From NCBI RefSeq assembly GCF_009914755.1, contig NC_060931.1: a stretch of 64,000 bases of DNA, one strand, 5' to 3'. The notes beneath the pieces are model-generated. The model saw only the letters and a program-made list of their open reading frames with translations, was not told where the DNA came from and searched no databases. This stretch comes from the human T2T-CHM13v2.0 reference genome, Homo sapiens. Below, piece after piece: positions 40,479 through 52,090 of the stretch. Numbering within the stretch: the first letter of the stretch is position 1; each line of letters opens with the position of its first letter. A program made the position numbers and the translations under genes.

Positions 40479-41303
40479 TTATTCAGTTACCTTATTCTCT
40501 ACATGTTGACTGCTGCAGATTCAAAAACCCAGGAAGGAATCAGTGTGGAGAAGGGAGAGAAAATGGACTGTGGAGAGGAAAAAAACAAACAGAAAAGAGG
40601 ACCATTCCTAATACTATAGTCCTGCTGATAATCTAGTCTAAAATCCCACAAAATTAAGTCACAACATCAAACTATTTACATTAGGAGATCATCCACTCAG
40701 AGAATGCAAATATCTCTTCAGCTTGAGAACTGCATTCTGGTATGTCACACTAATTCCAAAGGCCTTCAATCACTTTGCATAACAACCAAATTGCCTACAA
40801 ATAAACACCAACCTAAGTTGCCCTAAAATGGTTGTTTTATGTCCCATGTGACCGCTCCTTTACATATCTAGCAATTATTTTTTACTACCATGAATAACTA
40901 AGGAAGCATAATATAGTAAAAACAGCTCTGCCACTTATGACCAGCAGCATATTAATAACTTTTACCACAATTTCTCAACTATAAAATGAGAATTTTAGTA
41001 GTGCATATATCATTTTGTATTATAAGGGGTAAGTATGATATGTGCTTAGTATTCAATAAACAGAAGCTATTATATATTAAAAACTAAGGTGGAGAAGTTA
41101 GACTCGTCATAAAGTCAATAAACTGAATTCTTAAAATTATCACCAAAAAATATTACATACACCTGAGAGAAAAAAAAAAGCCATCTTAAATTATTTCCAT
41201 AATAAAGTTATTGGAAAGGGCATACCTTCGCTGAGACTAGAAACTTCAGAATTGTTTTGACCATATTAGTCCTCTGAATTAGTCCCAATTTCAATCACCA
41301 TAT

Positions 41304-41783
41304 TGAGAGAAATTTCTCCTTGGGTCCCTCATGTTTCTGCATGTCACATGAACAGAGGCAAAGAGAGACTAGTTTTTCAAGAATGCATAGCAAACAGCCT
41401 TGGAATATAGAGATAGTGTCTCCCTCCAGAGCGAGGGCAGATTTGTTTCTTGCCCCAAAAAATAAAAGTGATCCTCTGCGGCAAGTGCGGTGTCCTGGCA
41501 GACCCCTTTAGATGACTGGGGTTTCCCAAACTCAGGGTTCATCAGCTGTAACACATACCATTGCATACACCATAGGCCCTTGGGTCATTCAGCAGCAACC
41601 TCACTGGGTTTGAGAGTCCAGAGATACTGATGCGAACACAAAGCTCACGCTACCTACTGTGCCATGAGGCATAAGGTCCACTGTGTCTGAATCAGGGTAT
41701 CTCCTGCATCTGTGAAATTGTGGTCGGCTAGCTTATTAGGTTGCAATTAGGGCAAAATCTCAGACCCTTTACATTTCTTGACA
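41304..41783 (+). mobile_element. ERV solo LTR (MER76-like)
   Basis: TG...CA ends; GGGTCCCTCATGTTTCTGCATG, AACAGCCTTGGAATATAGAGATAGTGTCTCCCTC, GGGCAAAATCTCAGACCCTTTACATTTCTTGACA. Confidence 0.65.
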
Positions 41784-41787
41784 CCCA

Positions 41788-42283
41788 TGTTGTACTTTTT
41801 GTTGTTACGGTTTCTAATTTGGTCTTGAAAACTCTATTGAGAGTGGCCAGAAAGCAAGAAAGCCACTCTCTAGGAGAGCCCTGATGAGGCGCTGGGTTGT
41901 GAGGAGGAATTAGTCCTATGGGACGGGTAAGATACAATGTGGAGGTGAAACTAAAATGCATAAAACAGAAGAAATGCATTACTTACAGATCCCAGAGAGG
42001 TTGCGGGGGTCAACAGGAGGCCAATGGGAAGTCTTGAGGTGACAGGGAGCTCAGCTAGCAGGTGGCAGGTGGGGGGAAGAGGGACAGAGAGAAATAGAGA
42101 CAGAGACAGGCAGAGACAGTGAGGAGGATCTCTGGGACTATGCCTTTCTTAAGGTGCTCAGGCTTTCTCGCAGGTGTTGCAGATTGGCTAGTTTGAAGAA
42201 AACATGCCAGAAGGGGGAACTTATTTATGTAACTCTGGTGTTGGCCATTAGGTTTATCATGGTCAGCAGCTGTGGGGCATGTC

Positions 42284-42322
<39 letters not shown>

Positions 42323-42486
42323 GTCAGTGAGATGAGAAACAAGAAGGTCATATCAAAAACGACTACGAGGGGAAGAGAAGTTTTAACCAGGCCGAAAGTA
42401 ATGGGGTATTACTGGGTTTGAAACAACTTATGTGAGGCCTAGAAATGGATGTCAAGGCAGTAACCATGTTAAACAAATTTATGACA
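41788..42486 (-). mobile_element. ERVL-class solo LTR (MER73/MER74-family-like) carrying a T34 run
   Basis: Minus strand starts TGTCATAAATTTGTTTAAC...TGCCTTGACATCCATT, contains a CCAAT box and GGGATCTGTAAGTAA, and ends ...ACAACA. Family assignment uncertain. Confidence 0.6.
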
Positions 42487-42645
42487 CACCATGTCTGGCT
42501 GAGCCAGCTTGTCAAAGTGTTCACTGATCCATCTCTCTGGCTTCAGACTCTCACTATCATTTAACTAGTGTCATCTTTATTTTGTCTTCAGCAATTCTTT
42601 GGTGACTCTGCATTTTGGACCTTAAGAGTCACGATGTCTTTAGAA

Positions 42646-42829
42646 CAGTACTTCTCAAAGTGTGCCCAGACCCGCTGGGGCAGCATCACCTGCATCTTGT
42701 TAGACATGCAAATTCTCAAATCTCTCCCTAGGTCTACTGAATGAGAAACTACTGGAGTGGGCCCTGTGAATCTATGGGTTAACAAACATCCAGGTTATTC
42801 TAATGTGCATTGAAGTTTGAGAAGCACTG
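42646..42829. mobile_element. MER5A (hAT-Charlie MITE)
   Basis: Terminal inverted repeats CAGTACTTCTCAAA / TTTGAGAAGCACTG; CAGCATCACCTG...TTGTTAGACATGCAAATTCTC; degenerate 8-bp TSD CTTTAGAA / CTCTAAAA. Confidence 0.9.
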
Positions 42830-43998
42830 CTCTAAAAGAAAACTTCACAGCATCGTTCAAGGAAAAGTTTTAGATTATCTTAAAAAAGCAAGCTCTCATA
42901 TCTGAGGGAAATAAAACAACAACTACAACTTACGTGTTCTAAAGCTCTTTTGAAAAAATAAACCTTGTAAAGGAAACAGAAGTCACTGGAATGATACCCA
43001 TTCAGAAATTTAATTGTAACTTATTCTTTTAGTGATTATTGTAATTTGATGAACTTTGTCTCTGAGCCAATTAACTTTAATGTGAAAACAGTAAAATAAA
43101 AAGGAAAAATGATATTTGCTTTTTAGACAAAATATGTAAAGTGACAGCATAATATATTATTACAATCAAATGTATATTGGAAATGTTATTAAATCCTCAA
43201 TAAAATGTCCTAAAATTTATTAATTTGCATTAACAAAATTTCATTTTGTAATTGTCTAAAATTATCTTTTCTAATTTTTTTCTTTGAAATGTACTGTGTA
43301 TAGTCTTTATAATTCTCCTTTCCCTTCCTTTTTTCCTTTCTTTCTTGGATGGAGGATGCTCAAACTTGCTTGTCCTTGTGAGCCCATTACTCACAATTTG
43401 CAGGAATTTGTGTAGGCTTCAGGATTTCATTTTATTTTAGTATTCTGGTTGCCAAATGCATTAAAGTTTATAAAAGGTAGAAGGAAGAAAACTGCTATAC
43501 TCATAAGAAAATGATCAAATCTCTGTAGGAATTAGGTAAAAGAATTAAACTACACAACCACTTTAAAAAGGAAAAAATATGGAAAGGCCCCATCTCACTA
43601 TCAGATTGTTGCATATAAGGTTCTGTCTTTACAAAAGTCTACAAATATATCAAAGTTCATGTGGGTCTGATTATTCTACCAAAATAACAAAAACAAAATG
43701 TAACTGGACATGATCTAAATTGACATAATGAACAAAAAACTGTAAAATGTAGTATAATAGGGTAAGAAGTACCTTTGAAAATTATTTTTGGTACTTTTTT
43801 CTGCGTTTTTTTTTTAATTTTAAGAAGGAATAAAAGGTAAATCTAAAAATCAACTCTTCAAATAATTTAATTGGAGATAAGAATACAAAAATTTAATATA
43901 CATCTGACAAAAGAACATACTTTACAAATCTTTTCATTCACATATACATGAATAAGCTTGCATATGCATATATGAAATGAGATGAATAAAAATTGATT

Positions 43999-44296
43999 GC
44001 CCAGGCACGGTGGGTCCCACCTATAATCCCAGCACTTTGGGAGGATGAGGAGGGCGGATCACGAAGTCGGGAGTTCGAGACCTGTCTGGCCAACATAGTG
44101 AAACCCCGTCTCTACTAAAAATACAGAAAATTAGCCGGGTATGGTGGTGTGCTCCTGTAATCCCAGCTACTCAGAAGGCTGAGGCAGGAGAATCACGTGA
44201 ACCTGGGAGGCGGAAGATGCAGTAAGCGGAGATTGCACCATTGCACTCCAGCCCGGGCAATAGTGTGAGACTCCATCTTAAAAAAAAAAAAAAAAA
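43999..44296 (+). mobile_element. Alu (AluSg-like), full length
   Basis: GGATCACGAAGTCGGGAGTTCGAGACC; both arms and an A tail. Confidence 0.95.
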
Positions 44297-44779
44297 GTGA
44301 GGCGCAGGAAGGGTAGATAAAATCAACAAAACTTATTTTGACCTCCATAGTGAAAACTAACTTAAAAGGTTTATTTTATCAGTAAGGACCATCACTTTTC
44401 TCATATATTTTTCAACATTTTACAATCCCTAGAGTGTTTATCATTATATTGACCTTGTCATAATCCAAGAGTTTTAAAACAGCCTGAATGATTAACTTTC
44501 CAAATCACCTGGCAGAGAGATATCCATTATCTTACATTGCCCCCAAACTGGTCTTAAATAGGTATTTAAGATGGGCAGATACTACACATAAATTTAAAGA
44601 ACTAGAAAATGCAGTACTGTCCCAATAATACATGGTAACTAAAAATATCATCAAATTTTCACTTCAGTTATTCTGAATATAATTCTCAATTTGGTTTTTA
44701 TTTTTAGTTAAAATTTTGTACAATTAAGAATATAAGAAACCATAAAACACATACTGACTTTGAAAATATGGGTAGAGGA

Positions 44780-44950
44780 GAGTTTTTAAAATTTCTCTGA
44801 ACTTCTGGTTCTTCTTCTATAAAATGGAGAGAAATACCCATTTCACAGAATTTTTTAGGAATTTTTATAAAAAATTGAGAAAAACATTGCAAAAAGAAGA
44901 GATTTTTGCAAAACAGAGTAGCGACATCTTATTCAACATTAGCTATTATG
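44780..44950 (+). mobile_element. MIR fragment
   Basis: TTTCTCTGAACTTCTGGTTCTTCTTCTATAAAATGGAGA...ATACCCATTTCACAG. Confidence 0.55.
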
Positions 44951-46109
44951 AATGAAGAAGGAGGAAAAGGAGGACAGGGTTCTTTTATTTTATGGAAGGT
45001 CTAATCAAATAGGTATGTATGACTGTGGTCAACGTACGTTACGCTCCCAAGATTGTGTCAGATTCTATCTGGTGAACCACTTCCAGTCCTTTTAATTTTG
45101 CAATAATGATTTGTCATCTCCAGCTCTGCTCCTCCCACCACCCACACTCTGACTCTTCTTATATCAAAGGGGATTCATTTCCAGTTATCTCAAGCTATTC
45201 TTTGACTGGTGGTAAACTATTTATCATTCCTGACTTGTTATATTAATTTCCTTTTACCTTTAAATAATTTACCTTTGAGTTTAATTAACTTGCACAGGCT
45301 GCCAATTCAGTGAGTAGGATGGTTTTAAAAAAAAAAAAATGAAAAGTGTGATCTTAGACGGTAGGCAAATTTTCTGTTTTGCTAACGTTGCTGTGGAAAC
45401 ATCGGTTTCCTCTTTTTTTTTTTTTTTTTGTTAATACATGGAGGGGGATGGATGTATCACATTCTGTGGCAAAGAGTGTACTATATGCCCCTCTCACTTT
45501 GTAATCTTTCCTCCTAGGAGTTGGAAAATTACTATGATGTGTAAATCAATCAATCAAATTTGTAAAATATAAATTTACTTGGTTTCTTAAATGGCAGAAA
45601 CATCATCCACTAATAATCTGAAAAAAATATGCCACCTCTGTTTTCCCCTTTTTCTAGAGAACATGATTTTTTTAATGCTGTAAAATATTCAGTAGCTCTT
45701 TAGTTTTTATTTTAATTTGAGTAATACTATTATTATTTCTCTTCTTCTTAAGTGAGTTTTAATGATTTCGGTAAAAGCTCCAGTAACTGACATTATCAAA
45801 GATTCTTTCAATAATTCTCATACTATTATCCTGTAATTTTCCACTCACGTTTTTTAGATATAAAGCTTCTAAGCAGTGACAAATTTTAAGCTCTCGAGTC
45901 TCAAGTACAAAGTTCAAGAAGCCTTCTTCTTTTCCTTTTTAAGAAAAATTAAAATTACATTCATTATACAGTATACATCATGTTATTAAGAATAATGATG
46001 GTTAAAATGTGTATGTTTTACAGTTTATGAAATTTCTTTTACATATGGTATCTCAGTTGAACATCATAATGAGAAATAAAGAAGGGCTGATATATTTTCA
46101 CTACTTACT

Positions 46110-46300
46110 CTTTACCAAGCACTTTACAGAAATTATCTATATTTCCTACAAACTTAGTACATACTCCCATTAGTTCCATTTTACAGAGGAGTAAACAGAT
46201 GTTATCGAGCTTGAGCTCCCTTAAGTCACCAGCTAAATGGTGGACCAGCTGGAATTTAAATAGAGGCTACCTATTCCAGAGTCCTTGTCTCTACCCTACC
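46110..46300 (-). mobile_element. MIR fragment
   Basis: TCCATTTTACAGAGGAGTAAACAGA...CAGCTAAATGGTGGACCAGCTGGAATTTAAA. Confidence 0.65.
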
Positions 46301-46702
46301 TGATGAAAGAAGTTATACAACTTGCTCTCAACATCACGTAAGTAGGAGACAAACTATGAATAGGAGTAATTTCTTCTCATTCTACATACAGTAGAGCATA
46401 CCTATGGATATGTGTCAAATAACCAATTAAGCATTTGAAAAAAGTCTCCCTCAGCCTTTATTTAATTTGTATTCATTTTCTAAATTAGTAGCATCCTTTT
46501 ACATCTGGTATTTTTTTTGTCACTACCCCACTGCATTCCACCACTTCGCTGCAGCATTCACAGATTGGAACATTAGGCCAAATGGAGGTTAGGGCTGTGT
46601 GGCAGAAAGCTATATAAACATTACCCACCCCGATAACTCAAAAGGAGCAATGTTACTATCAATAAGAAAAATAAATATCAACAATGGAACAAAGGGTCAG
46701 AC

Positions 46703-46839
46703 AAAAAAGAGAGGGGGGGAGGGGGAGGAGGAGGGGGAGGGGAGGAGGAGGGGGAGGGGAGGGGGAGGGGGAGGAGGGGGAGGAGGAGGAGGGGGAGGAA
46801 GGGGAGGGGGAGGAGGGGGAGGGGGAGGAGAAGAAAAGA
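46703..46839 (+). repeat. 137-nt purine-only (GGA/GGGGGA)n tract
   Basis: No pyrimidine between 46703 and 46839; many G4-G7 runs separated by A or AGGA. Confidence 0.95.
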
Positions 46840-47135
46840 CCAAAAGTGCAGTGTAAGGGTAGGAATTCCTCTTCAGAAACTCAACTAACTGTTAGTTCTT
46901 CTGGAGAATTTCGTGATATCTATTATTAAAAAGGCAAGCGAAGGGCAAGGACAGTGCTTACTTTGAACATATAGACTGTATTCACTATGGGAAAGTTTGG
47001 AAGAGCAGATGAGATGTTCTTTTAAGAGATTTATTAATATTTATCCAGGGTATCTCCATGCATTCAAGAAACTAATTTATACTAAAGAAAGGGAAAATAC
47101 AGGCAAACACATTTGATTTAAAGAAATGGGCCACA

Positions 47136-47623
<488 letters not shown>

Positions 47624-48032
47624 TTATCCCAGACCTCAAGGACTCTTGAAAGAAAACACTAGAAGTTATTTCACCAAAATCTTTGTAAAGGACTAAAATC
47701 ACAAGGAAATGACACTTCGATGTATGTTACAGAGCAAAGTTAAGGTTGCAGGGTATTTACTTCCTGCCATTGGCATTATGGGGGCATAGACCATCCATAG
47801 AAGGCTCAGAAACACCCCAGACCTGACAGAGGTACGAGGGCGTTACCATGTATACAGATAGTCTCAAAGAAATATTTTTAGGTAAACAGCTTTTAAAAGT
47901 TTATTATACACTATTTTATCACCTAGCTAGGTAACATAGACGGAACACGTTAGGACAAAAGAAATAGAAGGTAAGATTTCTGGAAAAGCAATCTAGTAGC
48001 AATTATAATAGCAAACATGTATAGATCTATAA

Positions 48033-48154
48033 TATATGATAGTATGATATGTCCAAGAAAAAGGCACTGTGGATTTAGACACAGATTTGAATTCTGAATG
48101 TGGCTTTCCACTCATTACATATAATCTCTAAGCCATACCTTCTTCTAAAAAATA
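48033..48154 (+). mobile_element. Degenerate MIR-like fragment (putative donor of the copy at 49165-49291)
   Basis: AAGGCACTGTGGATTTAGACACAGATTTGAATTCTGAATGTGGCTTTCCACTCATTA. Confidence 0.6.
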
Positions 48155-49009
48155 ACGATAACAATGTAAAATATTGAAGCTTTAATGTCACAAGAAACAT
48201 AAACATAAACCATCTGATGAACCATAAGACTCATTAGTATTCAGTGACTCTAGATCTCTAAACTTCTTTTTTCCTTCCATAATGCTTGATCCATTTTTAA
48301 GGCTGCAAATGATAATAAATGATTTTTTAAGATCCATGTATCTAAACCTCACAAATATCTGGCTTTTTAACAAATATCAGTCATATAAAATCTGGCATTT
48401 GAATTGGCAAATACTAAAAGAAACAAACAAACGCTATTTTCAACTGAATATTTATGAAATCTGTGTCTCTACCTTCAGTCAATCCCAAAGGTTGAAGGTA
48501 AGTACCACAATAATCCACATAATAAATACATTTATTACTCATTTGCAGTTTAAAACTGTACAGAAAAATTTTAAATTGGAATCCTTTCAAGCAACACAGA
48601 ATCACAAGCCTAAAAACAATCTAACCTATAGAGTAGGCATGGAAAAAATGTAAGCTGATTTAAATTCACCAAAAAGTTAACAACAGAAATAAGGACAATG
48701 TACAATAGTATTTATTACTCCAGCAACATCTGTAGATAAGATTTGTTAGCATTTTCAATTACAAGATCACAGAAGGTCAAAAAATAATCACATACATGGA
48801 TAAACATTGCCAAAAAAAAAGATATTAATAGTCAAGATTTCTGAGGAAACAGCTGATAGCCATCAATGAATTAGAATTGATTTAATAAATTAAATCAGTC
48901 AATTTGGTTTAATCAATTAAATCAGTCAATGCAGATTTATTCATCACCTACTTTCTATATGTAGAGTTTGACTTTAGGAGCTGTGTAGATTGCTTTGATA
49001 ATTGAGAGC

Positions 49010-49481
49010 TAAATTTGGGCCACTGTAACAGAAATACCATAGACTGGGTAACTTAAACAACAAGCATTTATTTCTCCAGTTCTGGAGACTGGGAAGTCCA
49101 AGATCAAGGCATTGGCAGAGGCAGTGTCTGGTGAGGGTCTGCTTTCTGGTTCATAGGCATACATATGTATGATAGTAAGATATATCCAAGAAAGAGATGT
49201 TGTGGACTTAGAGACAGACATGAATTCTAATTGTAGCTCTTCCACTTATTATATCTAATCTCTATACCATATTTTCTCCTTCTATAAAATAGAAGCCTCA
49301 GATGACAGAATTGGTGAGGGAGCTCTCTGGGGTCTCTTTATAAGAGCACTAATCACATTTGTGAAGGCTCTGCCCTCATAAACTAATCACCTTCCAAATT
49401 CCCCACTTTCTAGTATCATTGCCTTGGGGATTAGGTTTCATCATAGGAATTTTGGGGGACATAAACATTCAGCCTCTAGCA
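49010..49481 (-). mobile_element. MaLR solo LTR (MLT1A-like) interrupted by a ~135-bp insert
   Basis: AAATACCATAGACTGGGTAACTTAAACAAC...CAGTTCTGGAGACTGGGAAGTCCAAGATCAAGG...TTTTGGGGGACATAAACATTCAGCCTCTAGCA. Confidence 0.9.
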
Positions 49482-49804
49482 TGATTTAATCAGAGAAAAA
49501 TATCACAAAGAGAAATATAAAATAGACCAAAGTATACTAAAGATTTGTAAAGAAGGTAGGAAGCAAAAAAGGAATTTAGCAGTCAGGGAGACTGTAATAT
49601 CTGGTAGGTGAGATAATTTAAGCAAAATAATAAAGTAGTCATATTTAAGGCATATTTTACTTTTTTGGCTGATTGAATGTTGACTAAATTGATGTAGCAA
49701 GAATCTGTCTAAATAAATCGGTAATATAATATTAAAAAGTATCATCATGGGAACTTGGTACAATGTCTATCTACTAAATAACCAGTGAAGAAAGTTAAGT
49801 TTTA

Positions 49805-50440
49805 TGCTTATACACTGCTGATGGGAATGTAAATTATATCAGCCACTATGCAAAGCAGTTTGGAGTTTTCACAAAAAACTTAGAACAAAGAACTACCATT
49901 ACACCCAGTAATCTGATTTTTGGGTATATACCCAAAGGAATAGAAATCATCCTACCATAGACACATGCATGCATCTGTTCTTCACAGCACTATTCATAAT
50001 AGCAAAAACATGGAATCAACTTAGATGTCCATCAACAGGAGACTGAATAAAGAAAATGTGGTACATGTATATCTTGGAATACTACGCAGCTACAAAAAAG
50101 AATGAGATCATGTCCTTTGCAGTGACTTGGATGGAGCTGGAGGCCATTATCCTAAGTGAATTAACACAAGAACAGAAAACCAAATACCACATGTTCTCAC
50201 TTACAAGTGAGAGCTAAACACTGAATACACATGGACATGAAGAAGAAAACAGTAGACACTGGGACCTACTTGAGTGTAGAGGGCGGGAGGAGGGTGAAGA
50301 TAGAAAAAGTACCTACTGGGTGCTATGCTTATTACTTGGGTGGCAAAATTATCTGTACACCAAACTCCCATGATATGCAATTTATCTGTATAACAAACCT
50401 GCACATGTACCCTTGAACCTAAAACAAAAGTTAAAAATAA
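49805..50440 (+). mobile_element. L1PA15/16-like 3' fragment (ORF2 end plus 3' UTR)
   Basis: ATAAAGAAAATGTGGTACAT, GATCATGTCCTTTGCAG, ATGGAGCTGGAGGCCATTATCCTAAG, AACAAACCTGCACATGTACCC. Confidence 0.92.
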
Positions 50441-52002
50441 TTAGGCCTTAAAGAAGCAACCAGTGTCAACACTATGATGAAAATGGTATTTGGGCTGTAG
50501 TATTCCATTCTTCTTCAAAGCATAAGCACAGTATAAATGAGATTACTTAGTGGGCAAGCAGTAATAGAGACTCATGTGTGGGAATCTAGAAAGACTCAGC
50601 AGGCTGCAGTTGTGCCTAAATTTTTCCATTTAGCTGATAGTGCTCTAAGTTTCTCTATCTAAGATTCACTCATTTGGCCCAAATATGCATTACCTATTCC
50701 AAAACTGCTCTTAAATACAAATATCTATGGAAATAATCACGATGAGAAATTTTCTTGGCACTAAATTTACCATGAATTAATTTATTATATCTTTCATAGA
50801 TTGAAGATAAACAAGATACTAGAAAATGAAAAATTTTGGCAAAGGTTAAAAACAAAGGAGAATAGAAGAATTATTTTAAAATAAGAGATACCAACTGAAT
50901 ATGGCAAGTCTGAGTAAAGACTCAGAGGAGTGAATACTGTGGAATAATGGAAGAGTATAAAAGAGCTTGACACAGAAAAGAATACATAAGGGAGAAGAAT
51001 ACGGACAAAAAAATTTGTGTAAGAAAAATTTCAACTTTCATTCATTGTCACTGACTTTTTTACCAGGCTAGTGCTGGAAATAGATTAAAAATGCAAAGTA
51101 GCTGCATTAAGATTACTCATGATTTTGCTTTAGGAAAAAAATTAAACTAATTGTAAAAGTTATTAATAAAAGGTTTACATTAGATAAATGAAATGATAGG
51201 AGCCACAAACGTTATTATGCTTATATTTCAAAGATAAGTGATTTAGAATTAGTTTTTCATTTCAAATAATTAGGTAACCCTACTTTGCCTTGAAACAATT
51301 CTGTTATGAAGTTTGCAACAGAACTGTGTAGTATTCAATGATGAGAAACTGTCATTTTGGGCCTCTTTAGTGAAGGGTTGTTACGAGTCAGAGAAGCAAA
51401 GTTTTATAATTGAAAGTAAACAATCTTAGTCACTAAAATGATATTGTTATTCACCTCCACAGAAAGAATCATCTCAACAGCAAGACTGCATTACTCTTGT
51501 TCTATGCATGAGGAATTTAGTTTATCAATTAGTTTTTCTTTATCCTGAATGTGAGCCAATGTTTAATTGCTTCATATCCATAATTGTATTAACTATGAAT
51601 AAATTGTTTTAAGAAAAAAATCTGCTCCGTGGCACAAAGGAGATTAATTACTAAAAGACAATAGCAATTCTTTGCTATCAATCAAAGATGCAGAATAGCA
51701 TGGCTACCTAATGAGGATTCAGCTTCATTAACTTTCCTCAAATCTCATTTGTAATATGAAACATCACCATATATTCAATTCCCAGAAAGATAAATTTAAT
51801 CAACCCAGTAGTGTGTGGATTTGTTTACACCACCCTTACCCATCATCCAACTGCAATTCCAAGTCCTTTTCAAACTGTAATACTTTCATACCAAATTTTT
51901 TTTGATAGAGCTTTGGGCCATTTTCAATAAAATAATGAAATCCTCCCAATATCCTTAAATCCATCACCATTTCCTCTTGGTATTATGAAAAAAAGAAATT
52001 CA

Positions 52003-52090
52003 TAGAATCATATATTGTTAGAGACTGGAAGGGATCTTAGGAGTCATTGGATCTATCCCTATCATTTTACAGAATGACAAACTAGATTAC
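52003..52090 (-). mobile_element. MIR3/MIRc-like fragment
   Basis: AGAATCATA...TTAGAGACTGGAAGGGATCTTAGGAGTCAT...TCATTTTACAGA. Confidence 0.7.

Noticed and set aside
46599-46929. Poly-Gly and Glu/Gly ORFs; resemblance to the SVA CCCTCT hexamer or the RPGR ORF15 repeat
   Set aside because: Simple purine repeat with no SVA Alu-like, VNTR or SINE-R body and no coding context.
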